Origin: an uncultured virus (IMG/VR IMGVR_UViG_3300010224_000009)
Taxonomy: Duplodnaviria; Heunggongvirae; Uroviricota; Caudoviricetes
Length of the DNA stretch: 20,000 nucleotides
Strand: one strand, 5' to 3'
Virus record (IMG/VR): IMGVR_UViG_3300010224_000009
The notes under the pieces were generated by a model. That model worked only from the letters and a program-made list of their open reading frames with translations. It did not search any database and had not been told where the DNA came from. The translations under genes and the position numbers were made by a program. This document shows positions 1 through 8,103 of the stretch, one piece after another (position 1 is the stretch's first letter; every line of letters starts with the position of its first letter).

Positions 1-499
1 ACAGCACGGAATTGTCCCGCTCAGAGCCGTCCATGAGAATGTTCTCAACGAACGCATGAATGGCGTCAGCGAAACGCAACAGAGTACGGGCCGAAAGCTT
101 GACGGTGAACTCGGTCAAGTACACCATGGACAGCATTTCGCGGTAGTTGTCCTGTGCCTGCGTCGCCTTGCGGGCCATCATGGTGTCGTAGCACAGCATG
201 ACTTCCGGATGGTTGACATACATCGGAGGAACTTCCCATTCCTCCAGATTGTCGACGCGGCTGGTGCGCGCCCATGCCACATGGTCCCTGAGGCTGAACA
301 GCATCTCGCGGATAATAATCGGCACCTTCATCTGGAGGATAAAGTCCTCCATTTCGTTCACTGGCACGTCGATCTTGATGACGTCTTCAATAGAAGAGGT
401 CGTGTCGTTCGGCCGACTGGTGCCCCAAGCCTTAGCGACAAAAACGCCCGTAGGCGCGCGGAGGACCGTAACCTCCATGGATGCTGCTTTGATACCCAT
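1..499 (-). CDS. Divergent ThyX/Thy1-fold (flavin-dependent thymidylate synthase-like) protein, N-terminal part; runs off the window
   Basis: Absent from the ORF track (no stop in window). Hand translation from ATG 499: MGIKAASMEVTVLRAPTG...FILQMKVPIIIREMLFSLRDHVAWARTSRV...QDNYREMLSMVYLTEFTVKLSARTLLRF. This aligns by eye with ThyX segments [30 protein letters not shown] and the E-x-A-R-x-x-L-P...N-A-R-x-L-x-x-F region. Starts 1 nt after the HD gene stop. Confidence 0.55.
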   Translation of the reverse strand, partial: MGIKAASMEVTVLRAPTGVFVAKAWGTSRPNDTTSSIEDVIKIDVPVNEMEDFILQMKVPIIIREMLFSLRDHVAWARTSRVDNLEEWEVPPMYVNHPEVMLCYDTMMARKATQAQDNYREMLSMVYLTEFTVKLSARTLLRFADAIHAFVENILMDGSERDNSVL

Positions 500-500
500 G

Positions 501-1169
501 TTAAAACCCCTTGAAGAAAGCGCCGAACTGCATGGTCTTTTCGATGCGAGACCGATTGAGGATGGAGGAAAGTTCTTCCATCACCCAAAGCAGTGGGTCG
601 TCTTTGTCGGCATTGGCAAGCATGGCTCCCATGACCTCGGAGACTTCCTGCGATACGCGCAGGAACGAGCGGTTGCCGAGCATGGAAAATTCAACCATGG
701 TCTTATACACCACGGCGGCAAAGTCTGCCAGCTTGACAATGCGGCCTTCGATGCTCTTGTCCTTGGCCTTGCTCCAAGTCTCAAGCAGCGGTATCTTGAG
801 GACTTCTTCCAGCCGAGTGATGGCCCGCAGTTCATACGCCTTGAGGCCGTCGGTGACCATGGTCGACGAATACTTGGCGGGCCGGTCAATGTCGCCGGTC
901 AGCACTTCTTCAAGGTCGTGCGTCACTGCCTTCTTCAGCAATTCAGACATGCTGACCAAGACACCCTTTTGCCGGGTGCGCTCGCCGATGACATAGGCAA
1001 ATGCCACGACAAAGCCCATGTGTTCCAGCAGGCTTTCGCGCTTGACCATGTGGTCGCGGGAATAGCGCTGCACATTGCTGGCTTGGTTCAGAATTTCCAG
1101 GAGGTTCTGCACATCGCGCTCCACGACATGCTTGGGGTTCAGTAGTGCCTGCTCGGTCTTCGCGTCCAT
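501..1169 (-). CDS. HD-domain phosphohydrolase, YfbR/5'-deoxynucleotidase-like
   Basis: Motifs VQRYS...ESLLEH, HDLEEVLTGDIDRPAK and IVKLAD match the YfbR/HD pattern (RW...E.VAEH, HD..E..TGDI..P.K, VK.AD). Confidence 0.85.
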   Translation of the reverse strand: MDAKTEQALLNPKHVVERDVQNLLEILNQASNVQRYSRDHMVKRESLLEHMGFVVAFAYVIGERTRQKGVLVSMSELLKKAVTHDLEEVLTGDIDRPAKYSSTMVTDGLKAYELRAITRLEEVLKIPLLETWSKAKDKSIEGRIVKLADFAAVVYKTMVEFSMLGNRSFLRVSQEVSEVMGAMLANADKDDPLLWVMEELSSILNRSRIEKTMQFGAFFKGF

Positions 1170-1819
1170 CAGTTGTCGCCCTCGGTTGCGGACTTCTTTT
1201 TCTTCTTGAGCCTGCCGTCAACTTCCTCGTAGAAGTCGAACTTGACAATCTGCCCCACGGTCAGCCCAAGCTTTTCGTAATCGATCTCCTCGCCCGCCTT
1301 GATCTTCTGGCGGACAAATGCTTGCAGGCTGGAGGCATGCACGCCTTCAACCATTTCTTCTTCGAACTCGACCTCCTCGTTCGGGTCGTATTCTTTCAGC
1401 ATTTCGCGCACGCGGGCAAAGAAGTCCTTGGCCGCGTTGTGCATGTTCTTGGGGAACCGGACCGAAATGTCGGTCTTGATCAGCGCCGCGCCGCCAGCTT
1501 CTTCCAGCACTTGGAGAGCCTGCTCTTTGTCAAACTCTTCCTTGGGCAAGGAGCCGCTGACATAGCTGTCCAGCTTGGTTTTGATCTTGCCATCTTGGCT
1601 CTCGTATTTGCCCATGTTGGCATCTTTCATAAGATTGACCAACTCGAACTGCTTAATACGATTGAAGCGTCCCACGTTTACCTTGAGCGCTTCGTTGAGA
1701 CTGTCGATGGTTTCCTGGATCGCGGCAGCTTCTTGCACGAGTGCCACGATCTTGTCGAGCTTGTCGGAGGAGGCGTCTGCCTCCTCCTTTGCCTTGGCTA
1801 TGCGTTCCAGCAAGTCCAT
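1169..1819 (-). CDS. Conserved phage protein with N-terminal coiled coil, replication module
   Basis: 216-aa ORF coupled to both neighbours. N-terminal heptads and motifs such as GSLPK, LIKTDISVRF and VHASSLQAFVR resemble proteins I associate with the SSB-like gene in siphophage replication modules. Confidence 0.75.
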   Translation of the reverse strand: MDLLERIAKAKEEADASSDKLDKIVALVQEAAAIQETIDSLNEALKVNVGRFNRIKQFELVNLMKDANMGKYESQDGKIKTKLDSYVSGSLPKEEFDKEQALQVLEEAGGAALIKTDISVRFPKNMHNAAKDFFARVREMLKEYDPNEEVEFEEEMVEGVHASSLQAFVRQKIKAGEEIDYEKLGLTVGQIVKFDFYEEVDGRLKKKKKSATEGDN

Positions 1820-1821
1820 GG

Positions 1822-2658
1822 TTACATGGCCTGCCCGGTGTCGGCCTGCGCACGGCCACCGCGACCGCCGCCTTCCGAACCACCTTCATCGAGGGTGGAG
1901 GTGTCAGCCTTGGCCTCGCCGTCGTCAATGCTCTTCTTGAGCTTCTCGGCCCGGTTGAAGATCATCTCGGCGAAGGCTGCATTTTCCTCGGCGATTTCCG
2001 GCAGGCTCTTGTGCCGTTCCAGGGTCCAGCCGATCCAGCTTCCCTTAGCATTGCTTTCCGGCACGGAGCCGAGCGAATACGAACGGAAATAGAACGGAGC
2101 CTGAATTGCATCACCGTTCGGCAGGTTGATTTCTTCCGTGGTCGCCAGCGTCAGCCAGCGGCGGGACTTCTTCAACTGCGTGGAGGTCATGGCAATATAG
2201 CTCGGGCGCGCGTTGGCGCTCAAGTTCAGGCCGTAAATCTGCGCGGTTTCCACGACGTAGTTGCCGTTCGGCAGAGCATCGCGGCCCATTGCGTCCGGGC
2301 TGGTCTGTGCCATGATGGCGTCGTCGGGGTAAATGTTCTGCAGACCCTTGCCGCTGTCGCGCGGTGCCCATTCAATCCAAACCTTGTCGAAGTGGACCGG
2401 GACAAAGATCATTGGCTTGGTAATGATCTCGCTGAGGCCGGTGTCGAAGATCATGCCGGGCTTGTACTTTTCGTCATACTCCGGCTTGCCCATCGTCACT
2501 TGGGGGCTGTTGGACTGGATGATGGTCAGGCGAGGAATGAGAAGGTCGTTCGCCGTAACCTTTTCGAGACCAGTCGCTTTGCCAACGAAACGGTTGACGT
2601 CGAAACCGGCTGCCGGAAGCTTTTCAGCTTCCTTCATTGCTACTTCTTTAGATGCCAT
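1822..2658 (-). CDS. Putative ssDNA-binding/annealing protein
   Basis: Likely start MASKEVAM (ATG 2658). Contains GLEKVTANDLLIPRLTIIQSNSPQV...KPGMIFDT...FVPVHFDKVWIEWAPR, aromatic-rich beta segments and a flexible Gly/acidic C-terminal tail. The CDS is solid; the function is inferred. Confidence 0.6.
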   Translation of the reverse strand: MASKEVAMKEAEKLPAAGFDVNRFVGKATGLEKVTANDLLIPRLTIIQSNSPQVTMGKPEYDEKYKPGMIFDTGLSEIITKPMIFVPVHFDKVWIEWAPRDSGKGLQNIYPDDAIMAQTSPDAMGRDALPNGNYVVETAQIYGLNLSANARPSYIAMTSTQLKKSRRWLTLATTEEINLPNGDAIQAPFYFRSYSLGSVPESNAKGSWIGWTLERHKSLPEIAEENAAFAEMIFNRAEKLKKSIDDGEAKADTSTLDEGGSEGGGRGGRAQADTGQAM

Positions 2659-2748
2659 TGGGTTTGGTTCCTGGAGCGCTTGAAAACGGCCTATCCGTTC
2701 ACATTTTGGCTCAACTACCATGTTTAACCGCTTTTGCAGGCGGTGCAA

Positions 2749-2841
2749 CGTTTAAAAGTTTAAATGTGCTAAATACCTGTTAATAAAGGGCTTTCAATGT
2801 GTATAAAATAGTTTGCCTTTTAGCGGGCCGCGTGCCATAGT
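2749..2841. promoter_or_regulatory. AT-rich divergent promoter region between the leftward and rightward operons
   Basis: Strand switch. Near-CtrA site CTAA-N7-TTAA at 2769-2783, motif ATAAAATAGTTTGCCTTTTA at 2803-2822, and TTGCCT (2813)-17 nt-CATAGT. Confidence 0.6.
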
Positions 2842-2869
2842 GCCGCCAGTTAGTTTGGAGCGATCTAAC

Positions 2870-3160
2870 ATGTCAAGTGTTGCTATTCGGATGCAACTGC
2901 CTAAGATGCAGGCTGCATATAAAGCCGCATTTCAAAATCTGCTGAGTGTCAAACCTGAACTGGAACTGACGCAGCGTGCGGCATTGGACCCCGACTTTAT
3001 GCGTCGGTTTTTCTCACATATTGAACTACATGGCGTCAACGGGTGCGATCTTGAAAGCATCCATTTCCGCATCACTGCCGCGCAACTCGGCATTCCCAAT
3101 AATCTAGCAGGCTGGCAAAAATTTCTGAATGCCAAGCCCCAAGGAGGTTCGCTGCTGTGA
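2870..3160 (+). CDS. Hypothetical protein
   Basis: GGAG at 2857, ATG 2870; first gene of the rightward operon. Confidence 0.7.
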   Translation: MSSVAIRMQLPKMQAAYKAAFQNLLSVKPELELTQRAALDPDFMRRFFSHIELHGVNGCDLESIHFRITAAQLGIPNNLAGWQKFLNAKPQGGSLL

Positions 3161-3291
3161 TACTTGAACTGTTACAGTTTTTCTTCCAAGACGGTTGGCA
3201 CTGGATCGGTGGCCTCGTTTATATCGCTGCCGTGCTCGGTGCGTTCGGCATGGGCTTGGGGCTTATCGTGGAGTTGATCCGTGGAAAGTAA
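3157..3291 (+). CDS. Small membrane protein (44 aa)
   Basis: AAGGAGG RBS at 3141, GTGA overlap with the upstream stop. MILELLQFFFQDGWHWIGGLVYIAAVLGAFGMGLGLIVELIRGK has one hydrophobic helix. Confidence 0.7.
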   Translation: MILELLQFFFQDGWHWIGGLVYIAAVLGAFGMGLGLIVELIRGK

Positions 3292-3547
3292 GACCATCAA
3301 GATCAAGCAGCGGCTTGACGGCCGCATCGAAGGCACCGTAAATCAGGCGTTTGCCTCCATGACATTCAGGTTCAGGACGGCAGAAGGCGACATGGCCGAA
3401 GTCACGCTGGACATTGAAAGCAGCCTTGACATTATCTACCAGCTTGACGGCGGCAAGCAGATCGTTAAGGAGATAAAGAACGAGCGCGCGAGACGCATGC
3501 CCCAAAGCCTTTGGGCAAAGATCAAGGAGCACTTCCGAAATGGCTGA
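3281..3547 (+). CDS. Hypothetical protein
   Basis: GGAG upstream of GTG; overlaps both neighbours in an operon-like chain. Confidence 0.7.
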   Translation: MESKTIKIKQRLDGRIEGTVNQAFASMTFRFRTAEGDMAEVTLDIESSLDIIYQLDGGKQIVKEIKNERARRMPQSLWAKIKEHFRNG

Positions 3548-3851
3548 TGAACGGCACCTGAAAAATCTGGAACAAGAGCTACTTGAAAAAGGTATGCTCA
3601 TGGAGGCTGGATGGGTAAGCTTCCGGCTTGCGGTCGGTTGGGCCAGTGCCCCGAAGGAACAGCTTGAAGAATGCCGTAACGCATTCTTTGCCGGTGCGCA
3701 GCATGCGTTCTCTTCTATCATGAACGTGATGACCGACGACAAGGAACCGACGGAAGAAGACTACCGGCGCATGCAGATGATAGACGACGAACTGTTCGAG
3801 TTCCTGGAAGCGTTCTGCGTCAAGCATGGCCTGCCGACGCCAAGGAGATAG
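3540..3851 (+). CDS. Conserved hypothetical phage protein
   Basis: AAGGAG RBS; motif QLEECRNAFFAGAQHAF followed by IDDEL..F, typical of small phage proteins. Confidence 0.8.
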   Translation: MADERHLKNLEQELLEKGMLMEAGWVSFRLAVGWASAPKEQLEECRNAFFAGAQHAFSSIMNVMTDDKEPTEEDYRRMQMIDDELFEFLEAFCVKHGLPTPRR

Positions 3852-3853
3852 CT

Positions 3854-4096
3854 ATGGCTGAGAAGTTCGACGTCTGGCAGTTCTTCCCGGAAGGGTATAA
3901 CGAACAGATCGGCTTCGATCTCGAAGCACAAGCCGCTGTAGATTTGGCCCTCGACTTTACCCGTCGGCCCGCTGCCATGATTGGCATCATTCAAGAGGTA
4001 AGGATCGTCGACAAGCTGGACAACTTGGTGTTCCATTGGAAGTTCGGCGAAGGTGTTGTGTTCCCCAAACCAGAAGATATGGAGAAGTACGAGTGA
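3854..4096 (+). CDS. Hypothetical protein
   Basis: AAGGAG RBS at 3842; 80 aa; coupled to neighbours. Confidence 0.8.
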   Translation: MAEKFDVWQFFPEGYNEQIGFDLEAQAAVDLALDFTRRPAAMIGIIQEVRIVDKLDNLVFHWKFGEGVVFPKPEDMEKYE

Positions 4097-4593
4097 CCTC
4101 AATTCTTAGACCATGGGTGCAGCAGCTACCCTTCATGCAACAGGCCGTGCTCATGACGGCGGTGCGGGCGGAGGACGGCACGCCAAAGCGCCATCCCATG
4201 AAGGACACGGTCCGCCTGCTGCGGCGCGCTGTATTTATCTCTTCGTTCTCTGGCAAGGAGTTTGACGACCCTTGGGAAGACGAGGGTCAGGGCGGTTCGT
4301 TCAGCAAGCCGCTGCGGGCAGACCAAGACTTGCTAAGTGTCCAGGATGCCTTCATCGACGCCCGCGACGAAATGAGCCACCATTACTATACTCATTTCAT
4401 GCACGCGAGCCACATCGTTGCAATCCATCATCCGCATGGCCTCATTAGGGAATTTTTCCGGGGCGTATATGGGCGCATGGTGCATGCCCTGCACCTTAAT
4501 CCAGAAACTGACCAAGCCATGCAATTGCGGCTTGGGGATAGCGCTGCACAGTGGAAGGCGCGCGAAGATCGCAGCACCAATTGTAGTGAGTAG
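4093..4593 (+). CDS. Conserved hypothetical phage protein, His-rich C-terminal half
   Basis: GTGA overlap start with GGAG RBS. SILRPWVQQLPFMQQAVLMTAVRAEDG...DEMSHHYYTHFMHA...LHLNPET. Confidence 0.8.
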   Translation: MTSILRPWVQQLPFMQQAVLMTAVRAEDGTPKRHPMKDTVRLLRRAVFISSFSGKEFDDPWEDEGQGGSFSKPLRADQDLLSVQDAFIDARDEMSHHYYTHFMHASHIVAIHHPHGLIREFFRGVYGRMVHALHLNPETDQAMQLRLGDSAAQWKAREDRSTNCSE

Positions 4594-4603
4594 GAGAACG
4601 AAC

Positions 4604-4882
4604 ATGCCTCAGTACAATAAGAAGGGTCGACAAGATCACCTTTACCCCAAAGTGCAGCCGCACGGTGCAGATGTGCTGACGCAGGTCATGCAGGAGAAGG
4701 GAATGGATGCAGCCGCCTTGGCTGCGGCAAGCGGGGTCGACGAGGGTATCATCAGCGACCTAATGACCCGCGACAAGACGTTCTCTTACATACTTTCCGA
4801 AAAGCTGGCGGTCGCCCTTGGGGTCGGCAAACAACGGTTCTATAAAGCCCATCTTGCGTGGATGGACAGCGGAGGGACGTGA
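4604..4882 (+). CDS. XRE-family HTH protein, HigA antitoxin-like
   Basis: AGGAG RBS. PHGADVLTQVMQEKGMDAAALAAASGVDEGIISDLMTRDKTFSYILSEKLAVALGVGKQRFYKAHLAW follows the HigA pattern HPGE.L...L...S..ELA...GV....IS.I..G...IT...A.RL...FG....FW...Q..YD. Confidence 0.7.
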   Translation: MPQYNKKGRQDHLYPKVQPHGADVLTQVMQEKGMDAAALAAASGVDEGIISDLMTRDKTFSYILSEKLAVALGVGKQRFYKAHLAWMDSGGT

Positions 4883-4883
4883 C

Positions 4884-5159
4884 ATGGACATTGGTGTAAG
4901 GATGTCGAAAACTTCATGCCCGTATTGCGGCAAGGGATTGGACGCGGCCTCTAGCCCGCATCATCGCGGTGCGCGTCCGAGCGAAGGCGATCTCGGCATG
5001 TGTGTCGGGTGCGGCGGCTTCATGAAATACAACAAGGAATTGAAGCTGGATAAGATCACGACAGAAGAACTGTTGGACATCGATCCAAGATCAAGAAACG
5101 AATTGTTCAAGGCCCATGAAGCGTGGACCATTATGATGGAACGTAGAGGCCAGAAATGA
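4884..5159 (+). CDS. Zinc-ribbon protein
   Basis: GGAGG RBS; CPYCG...CVGCG. Confidence 0.75.
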   Translation: MDIGVRMSKTSCPYCGKGLDAASSPHHRGARPSEGDLGMCVGCGGFMKYNKELKLDKITTEELLDIDPRSRNELFKAHEAWTIMMERRGQK

Positions 5160-5401
5160 AGAAGGGCAAGTACGAAATAAAGGCAAGTGCTTGGCCATGG
5201 CAGAAAGGATTTAACCGCCATGGTCGGATTGGCTCTATCGCACCGCTCAATCCTACAAACCCTAAGACTGGCGCAAGCGCCCGCTTTGGCGGCGGCTGGA
5301 AGTACCGGCTTGGCTTTGCCATTGGCAGTGGCGAATATGGCTGGACGCTTATGATCGACCTCTTGTTCGGGACCGTCACGATAAGAAAGAGAAACTATTG
5401 A
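5156..5401 (+). CDS. Hypothetical protein
   Basis: ATGA overlap with upstream stop; basic, Gly/Trp-rich, 81 aa. Confidence 0.7.
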   Translation: MKKGKYEIKASAWPWQKGFNRHGRIGSIAPLNPTNPKTGASARFGGGWKYRLGFAIGSGEYGWTLMIDLLFGTVTIRKRNY

Positions 5402-5586
5402 TTAGGATCGAAATCTCCAGCAATAGTAAGGACGAGGAAGACACCTTATTCCTTGGTCTGCAAAAGTTCTTCGACCGGGAACTTATTAAGGTCCATTCGT
5501 CAAGCGAAAACAGTCTCAGAAAAGAGATATGGATAGAGCCTGATAGGTTCGATATGTCCAGAATGCGCGAGTATGTGGCCGACTAA
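5398..5586 (+). CDS. Hypothetical protein
   Basis: TTGA overlap start; 62 aa; fills the gap before the inverted repeat. Confidence 0.55.
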   Translation: MIRIEISSNSKDEEDTLFLGLQKFFDRELIKVHSSSENSLRKEIWIEPDRFDMSRMREYVAD

Positions 5587-5595
5587 GAAGACAAA

Positions 5596-5633
5596 TAAAA
5601 GGCAGGCTTTGCCATAAAATAGCTTGCCTTTTA
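5596..5633. promoter_or_regulatory. 13-bp inverted repeat (operator or terminator) containing the repeated motif AAAATAGCTTGCCTTTTA
   Basis: TAAAAGGCAGGCT (5596-5608) pairs with AGCTTGCCTTTTA (5621-5633), one G-T pair. Intergenic; followed by TTGCCT-17 nt-GAGGGT. Confidence 0.65.
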
Positions 5634-5674
5634 TGCCCGCCCGTGCGAGGGTGACCCTATTGGAGCAGGGACAC

Positions 5675-5995
5675 ATGACGACTAAAGCAAACGCATACGC
5701 GGTCTTACAGCTTTGCCTTGACGACCCGGATTTCAGCAACGAGCATGTAAACACCGACATTGTCGGCCACATCGCACAGCACATGGGTCGTCCGGTACTG
5801 ATCGACGGCCTGTTGCGTCTCAAGGAACTTTGCGCGCACATCGGCTTTGAAGAGCTTGAATACGATCTTTGGCAGCTTGGATTGCATGACCAGTTGCCCA
5901 AGGACGTAGTGCTGCGGCACTTTGCGAGGATGATCCTGCGCACGCACGGCCCGGAAGAGGGCAAAGGCGTTCCAAGCAACCTCCGTCTTCTTTAA
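5675..5995 (+). CDS. Hypothetical protein
   Basis: GGAG upstream of ATG 5675 (MTTKANAY...). Confidence 0.7.
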   Translation: MTTKANAYAVLQLCLDDPDFSNEHVNTDIVGHIAQHMGRPVLIDGLLRLKELCAHIGFEELEYDLWQLGLHDQLPKDVVLRHFARMILRTHGPEEGKGVPSNLRLL

Positions 5996-6074
5996 ACGAC
6001 GAGCACGTTATCCCCAAGCTGCAACCCTTGGGGATCGCGGGCATGTCGCCCTATAACACCATTTGGAGATTACA

Positions 6075-6515
6075 ATGGTCGGCAAACGTTTGGGTGCTTT
6101 TGGCGGAATTTTCAACCGTATCAAGGGCAACACCGATATCCTGGAAGGCTTCTGCGCAATCGTCGTGCGCGTCGGTTCGGCTGACGGCAACTTCGACGAC
6201 GCCGAAGAAAAGGCTGGTCTGGACGCCATCAACGCGATGAGCGTCATCACCGAAAACTTCAACCCGCAGCAGATTGCCGTTGCCTTCGACAAGCAAGCTG
6301 ATCGAGCCAAGGCTGGCCGTTCCGGTCGCCGCGAACTGCTGCGCGAAATCCAGGAAGCTGCGCAGAAGGGCGGTCCGGAAATTGCCAAGGCTATGATCGT
6401 GCTCGGCCTCGACGTTGCCGACAAGAACGGCATTGGTGCGGAGGAAGAACGCGATCTGCGCTTCCTCGCGACCGAACTGCGCGTCGATTACGACCGTTGC
6501 CTCCAGGAAGGCTGA
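6075..6515 (+). CDS. TerB-family (tellurite resistance TerB-like) protein
   Basis: GGAG RBS, ATG 6075. Paired motifs ADGNFDDAEE and DVADKNGIGAEEERDLRFLATEL. Confidence 0.8.
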   Translation: MVGKRLGAFGGIFNRIKGNTDILEGFCAIVVRVGSADGNFDDAEEKAGLDAINAMSVITENFNPQQIAVAFDKQADRAKAGRSGRRELLREIQEAAQKGGPEIAKAMIVLGLDVADKNGIGAEEERDLRFLATELRVDYDRCLQEG

Positions 6516-6518
6516 GCT

Positions 6519-6665
6519 ATGAAGAGCAAGCTTGTAACCGGAGCCGCCGCAGTCGGGGCGTTCATCCTAGCTCAGTCCTTCGTCGGGTCAGTTATTGCCG
6601 ATGGCATGCTGACGATCACAGCGGCGGCGGTCGGCTTTGGGGTAGGCTGGCTCTCTAAGAAATGA
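6519..6665 (+). CDS. Small membrane protein (48 aa, probably two helices)
   Basis: Hand translation MKSKLVTGAAAVGAFILAQSFVGSVIADGMLTITAAAVGFGVGWLSKK; starts 3 nt after the TerB-like stop. Confidence 0.7.
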   Translation: MKSKLVTGAAAVGAFILAQSFVGSVIADGMLTITAAAVGFGVGWLSKK

Positions 6666-6671
6666 TGGCAG

Positions 6672-6713
6672 TAAGGGGCCGGGATGCTACCCCTTTAGCC
6701 CGGCCCCTTATTG
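6672..6713 (+). terminator. Probable terminator hairpin
   Basis: Perfect 12-bp stem TAAGGGGCCGGG/CCCGGCCCCTTA with a 15-nt loop and weak T tail. Confidence 0.55.
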
Positions 6714-6725
6714 ATTGGAGGAAAT

Positions 6726-7040
6726 ATGCCAGTAAAGCAGATGAAGCAATTCCCCGGCATGGCCCCGCCGCCCGTGCGGACGCCGCGCTGCAATGCCAAT
6801 GTCAATGACAGCAGCACCCACGAGGAAAGATGGCGGACAGAGCGCTATGGGAAGAGCGATAGACCTTTTCAGTGCTCTCGGCCAAGCGTGGTTGAGATCA
6901 ATGGAAAGCCCTATTGCCGCTTGCATGGGGCGCACATCGTCCTAGACATGTATATCAAAGGTGAGTTAGTTGATCGTCCGCCGCCTACTGGTAAAGCTGG
7001 AACAGAGAACCCGGTGCGTAGAACCGCCCGCAAGATTTAA
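6726..7040 (+). CDS. Putative Zn-binding (C-C-C-H) protein
   Basis: GGAGG RBS; RCNA...QCSR...YCRLHG. Confidence 0.75.
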   Translation: MPVKQMKQFPGMAPPPVRTPRCNANVNDSSTHEERWRTERYGKSDRPFQCSRPSVVEINGKPYCRLHGAHIVLDMYIKGELVDRPPPTGKAGTENPVRRTARKI

Positions 7041-7075
7041 CCTGCGCTGCGACAGCGCTAGAGTGGAGATAAATT

Positions 7076-7387
7076 ATGGGATCGTGTATAAAGACCGGGG
7101 CACATGTGTTTCTGGAAGAATATGGCGAGTTTGCCTACGGCGACATGCACCAGTTCAACGGAGTGTATGTGCTGCGGTCGTCGGGGCAAGGCCCCAAGCC
7201 CATGAACGGAATGGCTGAGGTCCATTTCAAGGTAGCGCAAACGCTTGCGATCTGGGACGGAAAGCCGTATGGTGCTATCTTCTGCGCCGGGGTCACGTAT
7301 TTTGGCTATGACGGCGCACCAATATCGGAGGTACTGCCACAATGGCAAGAGGTTTCAGCAACAAAGAGCGAGGATGCCTGCGAATAG
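7076..7387 (+). CDS. Hypothetical protein
   Basis: GGAG RBS; 103 aa. Confidence 0.65.
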   Translation: MGSCIKTGAHVFLEEYGEFAYGDMHQFNGVYVLRSSGQGPKPMNGMAEVHFKVAQTLAIWDGKPYGAIFCAGVTYFGYDGAPISEVLPQWQEVSATKSEDACE

Positions 7388-7449
7388 CGGGCATTCTTAT
7401 TTTGGCGTTCGTGCTGATATTCTTCGCACTGGTGATCTATGCCCCGTAG
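7342..7449 (+). CDS. Small membrane peptide (35 aa)
   Basis: GGAGGT at 7327, ATG 7342; MARGFSNKERGCLRIAGILILAFVLIFFALVIYAP. Overlaps the upstream ORF by 46 nt. Confidence 0.5.
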   Translation: MARGFSNKERGCLRIAGILILAFVLIFFALVIYAP

Positions 7450-7747
7450 TAGCGCCGAATGGCGTTCTTTTCATGTGTGGTATCACGGCACGAGATTTAA
7501 GGTGGTGCGGGCGGTAAGCCCTGCCATGGGCGAGCGCCGGGTGAAGCGGTACGGGACCGCTGAAATTACGCACTGGAACCGCGTCCCGAGGATTGCGCGG
7601 TTTACAGCCTACATCGATGGCAAGTGGATATGGAGCGACACTCAGCTATGGAAGCTAAAGAAACAATTGCGGAAGATCGGATTAAACCGATTATGTGCGT
7701 CTGCCCCTTCTGCGGCAGCTACGACGTCGATCCGGAAGGCGGCTTAG
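7439..7747 (+). CDS. Hypothetical basic protein
   Basis: ORF track; start uncertain; overlaps the next gene. Confidence 0.45.
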   Translation: MPRSSAEWRSFHVWYHGTRFKVVRAVSPAMGERRVKRYGTAEITHWNRVPRIARFTAYIDGKWIWSDTQLWKLKKQLRKIGLNRLCASAPSAAATTSIRKAA

Positions 7748-8103
7748 GGCAAGACGCCGAAGGCACCATGAAGACCTTTCCGGTCTGCGACAAGTGCGGG
7801 GCGACAGCCCCAAGCGTTGAGCAATGGAACAACCGCACCGTCACGACAGAGATGATTATTCTGGCGAGGGCACTCGGCATTAGCCCGCTCCACGATGACG
7901 GTGGCGTTCGACGTACCCTTGGGGTCGCGCTGCGGTCCAATCGGCAGATTGCGTACATGCAGGAGATTGCCGAGATCACTGGCGTGGAAACAACCTGGGA
8001 TTGGGAAGAACTCCGGAAGACCGACCGCATTGATACCGAGGTCGGCTACTGGAAGAACCTTCATGACGGCACTTGGGAACACGTAAGGACGGCGGAATAC
8101 TGA
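7648..8103 (+). CDS. Lar (restriction alleviation)-like Zn-finger protein with C-terminal extension
   Basis: CPFCGS...VCDKCGATAPSVEQWNNR fits the Lar family pattern CPFCG...C..CGA...WNRR. Start uncertain (7624, 7648 or 7693). Confidence 0.6.
   Translation: MEAKETIAEDRIKPIMCVCPFCGSYDVDPEGGLGQDAEGTMKTFPVCDKCGATAPSVEQWNNRTVTTEMIILARALGISPLHDDGGVRRTLGVALRSNRQIAYMQEIAEITGVETTWDWEELRKTDRIDTEVGYWKNLHDGTWEHVRTAEY

Noticed and set aside
501..1169. Calling the HD protein DatZ (Z-genome phage)
   Set aside because: No purZ or mazZ is visible in the window, and HD substrate specificity cannot be read from the motifs.
56..2727. Long plus-strand ORFs (56-514, 198-1145, 1145-2092, 1741-2727)
   Set aside because: They are antisense shadows of the coupled minus-strand operon, which has recognisable motifs. 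Long antisense frames are common in GC-rich, codon-biased genes.
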